Numbered from the stretch's first letter, positions 54,055 to 63,813 are shown. The stretch: 64,000 bases of DNA from an uncultured Clostridia bacterium (GCA_947632125.1 CANRNV010000001.1:288-64287); one strand, 5' to 3'. Notes: generated by a model from the sequence alone, not told the origin. Numbers and translations are program-made.

Positions 54055-55281
54055 ATGCAACACACAACTCAGCTGAGAATTGTGGCGGCGCTTCTTTTGA
54101 TAGTTATCGCGCTCGGCGTGGGGCTTTTCTTCTTTTTGCCCGAGGCGAAACAGACGGTAAGCGAAACGCCCGAAACTCCGCCGCCTATCGCGGAGTACGA
54201 AAAGATCCGCGACGCCGAAATCAGCCTCGACCCCGCCCTTTTCTTTTCTCAAACCATCGGGGGAAGCGGCAACGAGGAGATCGTCGACATTCACTATGAC
54301 GACGGGCGAATATTCATCTTCGGCAACACCGAGTCGAGCGACTGCGACTTCGACAAAAGCGGAGCATTCGTCGCAATACTCGCCTCCAACGGCAAAACAA
54401 TACGCTTTGTCACCTTTGACGGGACGCTCGTCGACGTGACAATAAGCGGAAGCGGGTTTGTACTTGCCGTGTCGTCGCTCGTCCCCACCCTCATTTCCAT
54501 CAACAACGACGGCGACGAGGTGGCAAGGTGCGCCCTTAGCACCGAACGGGAAGAGATACCCGTCGACCTACTCGTCACCGAATCGGGCTATCTGCTCGTC
54601 ACCCGACTGAGCCAAAGTCTTTCGGGCTTCAACCGCCTCAAACTCAACATGATCGGCTTCGACCTAAGCTATGTCGGCTCGATAATAAGCGACGAAGTGT
54701 ACAGCCTCGAATACATAGACACGCTCGACTACATGGGCAAATTTATCCTCTTGGCAAATGCAAAGTCGAGTTTGCGCAATATGCTGTGCTGCGGCGCCTG
54801 GGGCGAAAAGCTCGCCCACTATCCCCTTGACTTTTCGTACGTAGTCAGCTCGTTTTGGATACTCGACGACTTCTACTTCCTGTCCCAAAGCGAAAACGTC
54901 ACCATGCTGCTAAGGCAAAACGGCGACGTCATCCCGCTCTGCGACACATCAAAAAAGGGCACGCTCGTCGGCGACAACCGATGTATGTACGCTTCCGTCG
55001 GCGATGAGTTCTTTTGCATAAAGGACGACAGAATTTTGTTTTCGGACCGATACGGACAAACCGCCTTTTACGTAGATAAGTACATCTATGCCGCCTCGAT
55101 AAAGGAAAATTCGGTCTTTATCCGCTCCTTTTTTGAGGGCAACAAGACCTTCGAGGGCTCGTTTGCGTGCCAAATGACAGACCCTCACCTGCTCGTCTGC
55201 GAGGATGGTATGTACGTTGTCGGCTTGACGCAAGGCTCGCTCGGAGGCGACGACATAACCTTATTTAAGATATCGTACTGA
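54055..55281 (+). CDS. Membrane-anchored hypothetical protein
   Basis: 408 aa with a single N-terminal TM segment (IVAALLLIVIALGVGLFFFL) and a repetitive beta-rich ectodomain. I recognise no family. Confidence 0.6.
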   Translation: MQHTTQLRIVAALLLIVIALGVGLFFFLPEAKQTVSETPETPPPIAEYEKIRDAEISLDPALFFSQTIGGSGNEEIVDIHYDDGRIFIFGNTESSDCDFDKSGAFVAILASNGKTIRFVTFDGTLVDVTISGSGFVLAVSSLVPTLISINNDGDEVARCALSTEREEIPVDLLVTESGYLLVTRLSQSLSGFNRLKLNMIGFDLSYVGSIISDEVYSLEYIDTLDYMGKFILLANAKSSLRNMLCCGAWGEKLAHYPLDFSYVVSSFWILDDFYFLSQSENVTMLLRQNGDVIPLCDTSKKGTLVGDNRCMYASVGDEFFCIKDDRILFSDRYGQTAFYVDKYIYAASIKENSVFIRSFFEGNKTFEGSFACQMTDPHLLVCEDGMYVVGLTQGSLGGDDITLFKISY

Positions 55282-55379
55282 TAAATATCGTACCGAGGCG
55301 ACACATTCGGGCTTAAAATGCAATTCTTTGTTTCGTAAAAACTTGACTTGCCTCGGTTTTGCGAAATAAGTACGAAAAT

Positions 55380-55397
55380 AAAGCGGAATTCCGCTTT
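55380..55397. terminator. Palindromic hairpin downstream of the hypothetical gene
   Basis: AAAGCGGAATTCCGCTTT is a perfect palindrome. Confidence 0.45.
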
Positions 55398-55409
55398 CGA
55401 CGCAAAATG

Positions 55410-55442
55410 AAATGCACCTTGATAGTTTAAGGTGCATTTTTT
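55410..55442. terminator. Bidirectional rho-independent terminator (ispE side)
   Basis: AAATGCACCTT-gatagttt-AAGGTGCATTT followed by TTT, with an A-rich 5' flank. Confidence 0.8.
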
Positions 55443-55494
55443 CGCTTATAATGTGTCACATTTTCCCGAGGGCGTTACTTACCGCCCCACAGCG

Positions 55495-56334
55495 TTACTC
55501 GAAAACGATCCCCGCCCTTTGGGTAAAGGCGTATTCGGAGCGTAGCCCGCTCTCCGCAAGCCGCTTTGTTTCCCTCATCGGGTCGTCGCATACGGCGTAG
55601 ACGGTGGAGCCGCTCCCCGTCATGTTGGGACTCAGCCCGAGGCGACGATACGCGCTTATCGTTTGGGCAATGCGCGGGCAGAGCGACGTGGCGGCGCGAA
55701 GCAGCATATTGCCGAGGATAGGCTCCTCGCCCGCTCCGAGCATAGCGCACAGCCTGTCGTTATCCGTCGGCTCGTCGCCGCCCAACGCGTCGAAAGCCTT
55801 GTATACGTCCGCCGTCATTACTCCGCCGCACTCGGTGTACACGACGCCGTAACTGCGATTGCAACTTACGCTCTCCGTCAAATCGCCCGTGCCCGTCATT
55901 CTCGCGTAGCCGCCGCTCAGCATATACAGCGTATCCGCCCCAACCTCGCCGCAGACCTTGACGAGGTCTATTCCGCGCTTGGACAGATCGAAAAGAGCAT
56001 CGAGAGCGGCAATGACGCCCGCTCCGTCCGCCGACGAACCGCCCATTCCGCCCGCAAAGGGAATGTGCTTGTCGACGACGATGTCTACGCCGAAATTCCC
56101 GAGCGACCGCCTTAAAATCTCGACCGCTCTCAGCACCGAGTTGTCCTCTACCGAATAGTCGGCGTTGAAAATAAGGTTGACCTTGTCGTCCAACCTGTCC
56201 CGCACGGTTATCTTGTCGTAAACCGAGAGCGAGGCGACCACCGAATCGAGGGTATGCAGCGGTCCCCTTTTACCCGTGATATTGAGCGACAAATTGATCT
56301 TGCCGCTTACCTTTACTCTGACTTTATTAAGCAT
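55495..56334 (-). CDS. ispE: 4-diphosphocytidyl-2-C-methyl-D-erythritol kinase
   Basis: GHMP kinase motif PFAGGMGGSSADGA. N-terminus KINLSLNITGKR. ATG 56334 (MLNKVRV) is preferred over the longer track ORF. Confidence 0.9.
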   Translation of the reverse strand: MLNKVRVKVSGKINLSLNITGKRGPLHTLDSVVASLSVYDKITVRDRLDDKVNLIFNADYSVEDNSVLRAVEILRRSLGNFGVDIVVDKHIPFAGGMGGSSADGAGVIAALDALFDLSKRGIDLVKVCGEVGADTLYMLSGGYARMTGTGDLTESVSCNRSYGVVYTECGGVMTADVYKAFDALGGDEPTDNDRLCAMLGAGEEPILGNMLLRAATSLCPRIAQTISAYRRLGLSPNMTGSGSTVYAVCDDPMRETKRLAESGLRSEYAFTQRAGIVFE

Positions 56335-56502
56335 TTTCCGCCTCAGTCCATTTGCCCGCCTTATTGATATAGTTCCATTGTACACCATTTATCCGATTAA
56401 ATCAAGCAAATCAAGCAAATCGGTCAAGTCTAATCAATCGGTTAAACTTCGGGTCGAAAAGAAAAATGCGCCTTCACAAGGAAAGCGCACATAAACAACG
56501 GA

Positions 56503-57987
56503 CTATTTGCAAAGTTTTCGGTAGCAAATTATGCGTTCGCCGCCGCTTAGCGGGAAAGACAACTCGGGATTTTGAGCCATTACCTCGTCGGGCGTGATGC
56601 AAAGCGACCTCGAAACGTCCCAAAGCGTTTCCTTTTTGCCGCCTATATGCATTGAGATAGCGCACTCGGGCGGTTTTATGGCGTCGCCCTCGCCGAGTTC
56701 GCCGATAAGCCTAATCTCTTTGCTCTCCGAGAGCGATATCCCAAGACCGAGTTCGGTTCTTAGTTCTATCTCGTTGCCGCGTCGAATTTTGACCGTTACC
56801 GACAGCGCTTCGGCGCAGGCGAACACCTCGTCGCCCTCCGAGGCGCTCATCTGCCTTACGAGCGAGAACGGGACCTCGACGCCCACCGAGCCGTAAGAGC
56901 TCGTTTCGTCGCTGTAATAGATGACGTTGCTCCTTACAAGTCCCTCGACGGTAACTCTGCCATCCGAGGCGTATGCGCTGGAAATGAGCACGTTGGTTCC
57001 TATCGGTGCGACGATCCTGTCGACGATGGGCATTTCGGACGTGAGGGTGACGGTGCCGCTCACCTCATCGGTATAGTAGGTGCAATCCCGATTGACGACA
57101 AGGGTGCGAGTTTCCATCGTCTTATTAAGTTCGTGCTCCACCGAGAAAGCGTCGCAAATAAGGCTGAGTTCCTTTTCCTCATACACAAAGCCGCTTATTT
57201 CTATCTCGTAATTTACGACGATGCTGTTTTCCACTGCCGAGGCTCTTACGTCGTCGAGCCTTGCCGTAGCGAACACCTTGTTCGCGCTGAGCGATTTTGC
57301 TTCGATCTCGGTGCCGAACGGAGTGCGAAGCGATATGTGTCCCACTTCGCTGCCGCCGTAAACGATGTCGCTTACTATCTCGCCCTCGACCATGACCATG
57401 TCCGCCGAAGCCGTCGCCTTGCTTACGCAGATACGACTTTCGACGCACTCGATGTCGCCGCCGAGTTCCGCCTCGGCGGAGAGTGACGTCTTGCCCGAAA
57501 AGTTCGACACGACGTCGGTACAAAGCAGCTTGTTTTCGCTCAGATATATTCCGTCGCCGCCCTTGGATAGATACTTTATGCGCTCCTTGCTTTCGCCGAA
57601 TAATTCTATTTCCACGACGGCGGCAAGTTTTATTTCGCTGCTCGACGCCGATACTATATCGGTATCCAGCACCTTGGCTTGCAAGCACGGCTTGCCGTCG
57701 CCGAGAAGGTCGCTTTCGATCTTGTCGCTGAACTCGGCTTTGTAGTCGAGGCACTTTACGCCGTTCTCGCTTAGATAGACGACCTTAAAGTCCACTCTGC
57801 CCTTTATCCGCACTTCGCCCGTAAAGACCTCGCCGATCATGCAGTCGACGATAGCCGACGTGCCCAAAACTTTATTTATTTCCTCACCGTGCGCCGCGAC
57901 GAGTTTTGCCTCCGCCACGACCTGACCCGAGCACAGCTTTTTCAGTCCGCTTGCCACCGAAACTTCGTAAATAGGTTCAAACGCCAT
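56503..57987 (-). CDS. DUF3794 (SPOCS)-domain protein with a C-terminal LysM-like domain
   Basis: 494 aa with repeated beta-rich modules. The C-terminal ETLWDVSRSLCITPDEVMAQNPEL..GGERI fits LysM. The veg-x-ispE neighbourhood is typical of sporeformers. Confidence 0.6.
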   Translation of the reverse strand: MAFEPIYEVSVASGLKKLCSGQVVAEAKLVAAHGEEINKVLGTSAIVDCMIGEVFTGEVRIKGRVDFKVVYLSENGVKCLDYKAEFSDKIESDLLGDGKPCLQAKVLDTDIVSASSSEIKLAAVVEIELFGESKERIKYLSKGGDGIYLSENKLLCTDVVSNFSGKTSLSAEAELGGDIECVESRICVSKATASADMVMVEGEIVSDIVYGGSEVGHISLRTPFGTEIEAKSLSANKVFATARLDDVRASAVENSIVVNYEIEISGFVYEEKELSLICDAFSVEHELNKTMETRTLVVNRDCTYYTDEVSGTVTLTSEMPIVDRIVAPIGTNVLISSAYASDGRVTVEGLVRSNVIYYSDETSSYGSVGVEVPFSLVRQMSASEGDEVFACAEALSVTVKIRRGNEIELRTELGLGISLSESKEIRLIGELGEGDAIKPPECAISMHIGGKKETLWDVSRSLCITPDEVMAQNPELSFPLSGGERIICYRKLCK

Positions 57988-58047
57988 AATAGTCCTCCGA
58001 AAAATAAATTAACACTATATTTTATTCGTCGGGGGAAAAAGTATGCC

Positions 58048-58290
58048 TTATTTTTTTTCGGTCAAGACCACGTCGCCGCATATGACGTCACTGTACGAGC
58101 ACGACAGCCTCGAAACGTTCTTTTCGCCCACTATCGTCATGGTAAAAAGCGAGGGCAGCACTTCCTCTATCTCTCCGCTGTACTTGATGATGCGTTTGCG
58201 ACCCTTGTTGACCTTTATTTGCAACATCTTGCCCCTAAGCCCCTCGATATTGTCGCGCACCTCGTTAAGAGAAACCACCTTCTTTTTCAT
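58048..58290 (-). CDS. veg: Veg protein
   Basis: 80 aa. LNEVRDNIEGLRGKMLQIKVNKGRKRIIKYSGEIEEVLPSLF parallels Bacillus Veg ([27 protein letters not shown]...YPSVF). Confidence 0.9.
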   Translation of the reverse strand: MKKKVVSLNEVRDNIEGLRGKMLQIKVNKGRKRIIKYSGEIEEVLPSLFTMTIVGEKNVSRLSCSYSDVICGDVVLTEKK

Positions 58291-58356
58291 AACTCACCTC
58301 TAATCCCCATTATGCCCTAAAAGTTACCCGCATAAACTTAAATTTTCATCAAAGGC

Positions 58357-58385
58357 TTGCGCTTTAAGGCGGAATATGATACAAT
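58357..58385 (+). promoter_or_regulatory. Promoter of the ATPase/RloB-like pair
   Basis: TTGCGC (58357-58362), 17-nt spacer, TACAAT (58380-58385), with a TGa extended -10. A GGAGGG SD precedes ATG 58412. Confidence 0.55.
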
Positions 58386-58411
58386 ATTCTTATAAACGGA
58401 GGGACGGATAG

Positions 58412-59587
58412 ATGATACTTTCGGTGAGGATAAACAACTTTACGGCGTACGAGCACAGCGCGGTCTTTTCGCTTTTGCCGAGCGAGAAGATAAGGAAGTT
58501 CGGCTCCAACATCTATGAGCGTAACGGGATAAGGGCGCTTAAATGCGCCTGCATTTACGGAGCCAACAACGCCGGCAAGACGTGCGTGCTTAAAGCGATC
58601 GCCGCCCTTAAAAGCGCAATAAACGGCGACTACTCTTTTATCGCTCCCAACGCCTTTTCGGGCAACAGCGAGTGCTCGCTTGGAATATCGTTCCTTTACG
58701 AGGACAAAGCCTATTCCTTTGACCTTACGATGGACTGCGTAAACAGGCGGTTTGTAAAGGAAAGCTTTTATATGTCAAACAGCCCGCTCTTTGTGCGGGA
58801 AAACGGAAAAATCTCGCTGCTTTCGAGCGAGATCAAAGGCGACTACCCCGACGACGAAATATTTATCTACGCCCTGCCCGCCTCGCTTATCGAGGCGTAC
58901 AAGAGCATACTCATCGGCTTTTTTCAAAAGGTGGATATACTCACTCTCGACAACATCCCCATCGAAAAGACGCTGAACGTACTAAAACACAACACCGTGC
59001 TTAGGGAAAAGACGATAAGCCTTATCCGGCTTGCCGACCTCGACGTGGACGACTATCAATATCTCGACGGAAAAGCCGAGCAAGCAGCCGCGCCCGCCGA
59101 ACTCGCCCTAAAAGAGCGCGACGAAATAGGCAAACTCAATTCGCTAAAAGGCAACAAGCCGCTGAGCTTTATTTACGACTCCACGGGCACCAAAAAGCTC
59201 ATCGCCCTGTCAAGCTATATCGTCGAGGCTCTCATGTTCGGCAGAGTGCTCGTCGTCGACGAACTTGACAGCAGTCTGCACTTTAAGCTGACCCGAGCGA
59301 TCGTTGCGCTGTTCAACAACGAACTTTCGATCGCTCAACTGATCTTTTCGGCGCACGACATCAACCTGCTCGACTGCAAAAAGCTGCTGCGCTACGACCA
59401 GGTGTGGTTCGCCGCCAAAAAGGACGGAAGTGCGGTACTCTATCCCCTGTCGGGTCTGACCGACGGAAAGACCGAGGCGGACGTCATTCAAAGCTACAAA
59501 TCGGGACTGTACGGCGCAATGCCGAGCCCCGACTTTATCACGCTGCTGCTTAAAGAGATACAGGAGGACGATGACGACGATGAGTAG
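58412..59587 (+). CDS. AAA_21/ABC-type ATPase (AbiLi / RloA / AriA-like)
   Basis: 391 aa. Walker A GANNAGKT, ABC-signature-like DSTGTKKL, Walker B VLVVDELDSSLH, H-loop FSAHD, and an acidic C-terminal tail. Confidence 0.8.
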   Translation: MILSVRINNFTAYEHSAVFSLLPSEKIRKFGSNIYERNGIRALKCACIYGANNAGKTCVLKAIAALKSAINGDYSFIAPNAFSGNSECSLGISFLYEDKAYSFDLTMDCVNRRFVKESFYMSNSPLFVRENGKISLLSSEIKGDYPDDEIFIYALPASLIEAYKSILIGFFQKVDILTLDNIPIEKTLNVLKHNTVLREKTISLIRLADLDVDDYQYLDGKAEQAAAPAELALKERDEIGKLNSLKGNKPLSFIYDSTGTKKLIALSSYIVEALMFGRVLVVDELDSSLHFKLTRAIVALFNNELSIAQLIFSAHDINLLDCKKLLRYDQVWFAAKKDGSAVLYPLSGLTDGKTEADVIQSYKSGLYGAMPSPDFITLLLKEIQEDDDDDE

Positions 59588-60188
59588 CCGAAAAAGACTG
59601 TGTCTGCTTTGCGAGGGCTTTGAGGAATACGACTATATTATAAGGTTAAAGTCGCTTGGGGTGTGGAGCGACGCCTACGACATCACGGTAAAAAACGCCA
59701 AGGGGCTTGACAATATCGCCCCCGTCTATCAAAACGAGTTTCACAGCGACAACTTCGACCTTATCCTTATCTTTTGCGACACCGAACTCAAACCCTACCT
59801 GCAATTTACCAACCTGCTGAAAAAGATCAACGCTTTCCACGACAAGAACGTGGCAAAGAGCATAGTCTTTTTTGCCAACCCCTGCTCGATGCAGGTGATA
59901 CTGTCCCACTTCGAGGCAGTTTCGCTTACCACCAACAGCAAGGCGCTAAACACTCCGCTTATAAGCAAGTACACGGGACTTAGCCACTATTCGGCACGGC
60001 ACGAACAGCGTAGCCGCCTCATGCAGCGGATAAACGCCCAAAATTACGAAGTGATGCGGGCGAACATTTCCTCGCTCTCCACCGATTACAGAGTGGTCCC
60101 CGGCACCAACTTTCTTTCGCTCATTCTCAAACTCGAATGTTCTTCAACTTCTTGGGTCAACAGGCTCATCCGTCGCATCGAGGACTAA
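59571..60188 (+). CDS. RloB-like (Toprim-related) protein, AbiLii-like
   Basis: 205 aa. N-terminal LLCEGFEEYDYI (the CEG-E-Y signature I associate with the RloB family) and LILIFCDTE acidic motif. It overlaps the ATPase gene by 17 nt. Confidence 0.65.
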   Translation: MTTMSSRKRLCLLCEGFEEYDYIIRLKSLGVWSDAYDITVKNAKGLDNIAPVYQNEFHSDNFDLILIFCDTELKPYLQFTNLLKKINAFHDKNVAKSIVFFANPCSMQVILSHFEAVSLTTNSKALNTPLISKYTGLSHYSARHEQRSRLMQRINAQNYEVMRANISSLSTDYRVVPGTNFLSLILKLECSSTSWVNRLIRRIED

Positions 60189-60664
60189 CTTCCCGTTCGC
60201 AAGGCGTACAGCCAATGCATGAATTTGACCTTTTTTACATACTCGGCGGTTTCCCTTATTGGGATCTCGCCTTTTTTCCAGCCCGAAACTCTGCCCTCGC
60301 CCGCATTATAGGCGGCAAGGACGAGATCGCCGTCGAAGCGTTCGCTTAAATAGGCGAGGTATCTTATGCCTAACCTTATATTGTATTCCGGCTCGAAAAG
60401 CCGCTCCTTTTCATACGGCACATCTATCATCTTTGCGGTGAACTCGGCTGTCCCCGGCATGAGTTGCATAAGCCCCATGGCTCCCGCTTTGCTCACGGCG
60501 TCTTTGTCAAACTTGCTCTCGGTCCAAATGACGGAGAGGACGAGCGACGGCTCGACGGAATATTCCTTGCAATACGCGCGGATCGTGCCGTAGTACTTTA
60601 TGGGCGCGAAGAGGTCAAGGGCGACCATCGCTCCCACTGTCACCACCACCAAAAATATTGCCAT
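60185..60664 (-). CDS. Membrane-anchored lytic transglycosylase (SLT domain)
   Basis: Catalytic region VIWTESKFDKDAVSKAGAMGLMQLMPGTA. ATG 60664 (MAIFLVVV...) is preferred over the track's TTG 60679. Confidence 0.88.
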   Translation of the reverse strand: MAIFLVVVTVGAMVALDLFAPIKYYGTIRAYCKEYSVEPSLVLSVIWTESKFDKDAVSKAGAMGLMQLMPGTAEFTAKMIDVPYEKERLFEPEYNIRLGIRYLAYLSERFDGDLVLAAYNAGEGRVSGWKKGEIPIRETAEYVKKVKFMHWLYALRTGS

Positions 60665-61244
60665 CGGTTTGATTTTCAACGTAAATTTTCCACCACTTGA
60701 TTACCGAAGCCCTCAGCCTGTCTTGGTCGCCGTCGTTGACAAAGGTGAACGTAGCCGCCTTTTCGTATTGCTCGTCGCTCGGTTGAGCCGACATGATCTT
60801 TTCGGCAAGAGCCCTGTCTATATTATCCCTTTTCATAAGCCGCTCTATGCGCACGCTATGCGGAGTAAATACGTTGAGCACCGCACCGAAGCGTCTTAGC
60901 CCCATCGGGAGCGGCATAACGACGACCACCGTGCCGCTCGATGCCGCCACGCGCCTATCTATCTCGCTCAAAATGAGGGGATGGGTTATGTCGTTGAGCG
61001 CTTTTAGTTCCTCGTCGCTATTAAATACGTGCTCTTTAAGCTTTCTTCGGTCGATTTCGTTGTTTATCACACAGCTCGGAAATCGCTCGATGAGTTTCGC
61101 CTCACCGATCGAGCCCTTTTTTGTCACCTCGCGCGAAATGACGTCGGCGTCTATAATATATGCGCCGAGCGAGCCGAGTATCTCACTCACCGTGCTTTTT
61201 CCGCTTGCTATGCCGCCTATCAAGGCAAAAACTCTTTTTTGCAT
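60615..61244 (-). CDS. coaE: Dephospho-CoA kinase
   Basis: P-loop GGIASGKST. ATG 61244 has GGGGAG at proper spacing. The C-terminal tail overlaps the slt start by about 50 nt. Confidence 0.9.
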   Translation of the reverse strand: MQKRVFALIGGIASGKSTVSEILGSLGAYIIDADVISREVTKKGSIGEAKLIERFPSCVINNEIDRRKLKEHVFNSDEELKALNDITHPLILSEIDRRVAASSGTVVVVMPLPMGLRRFGAVLNVFTPHSVRIERLMKRDNIDRALAEKIMSAQPSDEQYEKAATFTFVNDGDQDRLRASVIKWWKIYVENQTDGNIFGGGDSGSDGRP

Positions 61245-61257
61245 GATCATCTCCCCT

Positions 61258-63771
61258 TTACTTGCAGTCGTACCAGCTTTTGCCCATGCCGACCTCGACT
61301 TTGAGCGGGACGATCAAGGAGGCGGCGCTCTCCATACATTCGACGAGCAAGTCCCGTACCTCGTCCGCCTCGTCCTCGGCGGCGTCGATAATGAGCTCGT
61401 CGTGGATTTGGAGTATCAGCTTGGACTTTTTGCCCCGCAGTCTGTCGTACACGGCCACCATCGCCCTCTTGATGATGTCGGCTGCCGAGCCTTGAAGCGG
61501 TGAGTTCATCGCCACGCGCTCGCCGAACATTCGCTGTGTGTAACTCGAAGATTTGAGTTCGGGGATATATCTTCGCCTATTGAATATAGTTTCCACGTAG
61601 CCGTGCTCCTTGGCAAAGCGGATAGCCTCGTCAAGATAGCGTTTTACGCCCGAAAAGCGTTTGAAGTACATATCGATATACCTCGAAGCTTGGCGGGGCG
61701 AAATGCCGAGGCTTTCGGACAAGCCGAAGTCGCTCATTCCGTAAATTATGCCGAAGTTGACCGTCTTTGCCGCCCGCCTCATATCGGGCGTCACCATATC
61801 GAGCGGCACGTCGTTTATCTCGGCTGCGGTCGAGGCGTGAATGTCGCCGCCCGAGCGATAGGTATTGACCATCTTTTCGTCGCCGCTCAGGTGCGCCATA
61901 AGCCTGAGTTCGATCTGCGAATAGTCGGCGGAGATGAGCACGTTGCCCTCTCGCGGCACGAAAAGTCGTCTTAGCCGCCGTCCCTCCTCGGTGCGCATGG
62001 GTATGTTTTGCAAATTGGGCTCGATACTCGACAACCTGCCCGTCAAAGTGAGCATCTGCTTAAATTCGGTATGCACAACGTTGTCGCTGTCGAGCATGGG
62101 TTTAAGCCCCTCGAGATAGGTGCTTCTCAGCTTTGTCAAAAAGCGGTAGGAAAGCACCTTGTCCACAATGGGGAAGCATTTAAGCGGCTCCAAGATCTCG
62201 GCGCTCGTCGAATAATTTTTGGACTTTTTGGGATACGGGATCCTTTGCTCCTCGAATAAAACCGACGCAAGCTGCTTGGGCGAATTGATATTGAATGAGT
62301 GACCCGCAAACACGTATATTTCCTTTGTCAGCAATTCTATTTGGGCACCGTATCGGGCGCTCGTTTCTTCGAGCGCAGCTCTATCCACCTTAAAGCCCGT
62401 CCGCTCCATATCGAAGAGCACCTCGACAAGCGGAAGTTCGGTTTTGTAATACAGTTCGTCAAGCGAAAACTCGCTCAGCTTGCCGAGCATTATCTCGTAC
62501 AGCTTCATAAGTCCGTTTGCCGTGCCGCCGCTCAGCCCGTACTCGCTCATTACCGCCGTGATCGAACCGTGGTCGACCGACGAATTGATGAGGTATTGGC
62601 TTAGTTCGACGTCGAAATAGTTGTTGAGCGCGACATCGTAGCGGGCGAGCCGCTTTTTCAGGGTCTTTGCGTCAAAGACCGCTTTCATGACTTCGCCTTG
62701 CGCCAAAGGGCGAATTGCCTCCATCGCTTCGAGTTCGTCCGCCCCCTCGTCGAGAAGCGACGCCTTTATGGGCAGAAAGAACCCTTCGCCGTCGAGCGAA
62801 AGCCGCACGCCCGTCCCGTCGATGATCAAGGCGACCTTGTCCTTTGCTTTGGCAACGACCGCCTCGAATTGAGCCAAGGTGACCGTTTCACACTCGGAGA
62901 GCTGCACCGACGCAGCTTGGGACGAGAAAAGTTCGCTTCTTCGAATGAGCGACTTAAACCCGAGGTCGTCGAACATCGTCCTCACGTTCTCACCGAACGG
63001 AAAGACGAGCGGACAGTTTTCGGCGAGCGGAAGCCCGTCTACCTCCCTATCGATCGTCGCCAAACGTAAGGACAGATACGCGCTCTCCTTGCCGAGGCTG
63101 AGCTTGTCTTTAAGCTTGCCGGCGATATTGTCGATGTCGGCATAGAGGGCGTCGAGCGAAGCGTACTTAGCGGCAAGCGACGTCGCCGTCTTGTCCCCTA
63201 TTCCGCTCACGCCCGGAATGTTGTCGCTGCTGTCGCCCGCAAGAGCCTTGTACAGCGTGACTTTGTCGGGAGTAAGCGAGTAGAGCTCCGAAAGCGACGA
63301 TCTGTCGAGTTCGAGTACCTCGGTTATTCCCTTTTTGGTGAATAGCACCTTGGTGGTGTCGTCGATGAGTTGAAAACTGTCGCGGTCGCCCGTCACGATA
63401 AAAGTGGGACCGAGATACTTGCTTGCCATGGTCCCGATTATGTCGTCCGCCTCGAAGCCCTCCTTTTCGACCACGGCAATGCCCATGGTGGTAAGCAAGG
63501 CTTTTAGGACGGGCAGCTGCACGGCGAGTTCGTCCGGCATACCCTTGCGATTGGCTTTATAAAGATCGTACTCCTTGTGGCGAAAGGTCGGAGCCTTTAA
63601 GTCGAACGCCACCGCCATAAAGCTCGGCTTATAGTCGAGCAACTTAATAAGCATGGTCATAAAGCCGTACACCGCTTGCGTGGGTGTCCCGTCCTTGCCG
63701 TTTAACGGGGGCAGAGCGTAAAAGGCTCGGTTGATAAGGCTGTTGCCGTCTATTATTATAAAGGTTTCCAT
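61258..63771 (-). CDS. polA: DNA polymerase I
   Basis: 837 aa with an N-terminal 5'-3' exonuclease domain. Polymerase motifs ADYSQIELR, RRAAKTVNFGIIYG and QIHDELI. Confidence 0.97.
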   Translation of the reverse strand: METFIIIDGNSLINRAFYALPPLNGKDGTPTQAVYGFMTMLIKLLDYKPSFMAVAFDLKAPTFRHKEYDLYKANRKGMPDELAVQLPVLKALLTTMGIAVVEKEGFEADDIIGTMASKYLGPTFIVTGDRDSFQLIDDTTKVLFTKKGITEVLELDRSSLSELYSLTPDKVTLYKALAGDSSDNIPGVSGIGDKTATSLAAKYASLDALYADIDNIAGKLKDKLSLGKESAYLSLRLATIDREVDGLPLAENCPLVFPFGENVRTMFDDLGFKSLIRRSELFSSQAASVQLSECETVTLAQFEAVVAKAKDKVALIIDGTGVRLSLDGEGFFLPIKASLLDEGADELEAMEAIRPLAQGEVMKAVFDAKTLKKRLARYDVALNNYFDVELSQYLINSSVDHGSITAVMSEYGLSGGTANGLMKLYEIMLGKLSEFSLDELYYKTELPLVEVLFDMERTGFKVDRAALEETSARYGAQIELLTKEIYVFAGHSFNINSPKQLASVLFEEQRIPYPKKSKNYSTSAEILEPLKCFPIVDKVLSYRFLTKLRSTYLEGLKPMLDSDNVVHTEFKQMLTLTGRLSSIEPNLQNIPMRTEEGRRLRRLFVPREGNVLISADYSQIELRLMAHLSGDEKMVNTYRSGGDIHASTAAEINDVPLDMVTPDMRRAAKTVNFGIIYGMSDFGLSESLGISPRQASRYIDMYFKRFSGVKRYLDEAIRFAKEHGYVETIFNRRRYIPELKSSSYTQRMFGERVAMNSPLQGSAADIIKRAMVAVYDRLRGKKSKLILQIHDELIIDAAEDEADEVRDLLVECMESAASLIVPLKVEVGMGKSWYDCK

Positions 63772-63813
63772 ACCGTTTTCTCCTAATTATTTTGCCGGAT
63801 GGGCATTAAAACA

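Noticed and set aside
55343-55442. Small RNA between the hypothetical gene and ispE (TTGACT, then two hairpins ending in a T-run).
   Set aside because: The -10 candidates (ATAAGT / TAAGTA) are poor. The two hairpins are adequately explained as terminators of the convergent flanking genes.
56389-56502. Tandem AATCAAGCA x2 and nearby AATC-rich sequence upstream of ispE as a regulatory repeat.
   Set aside because: It is only two short copies in an AT-rich promoter region, with no palindromic or helical-phase structure, so it is likely chance.
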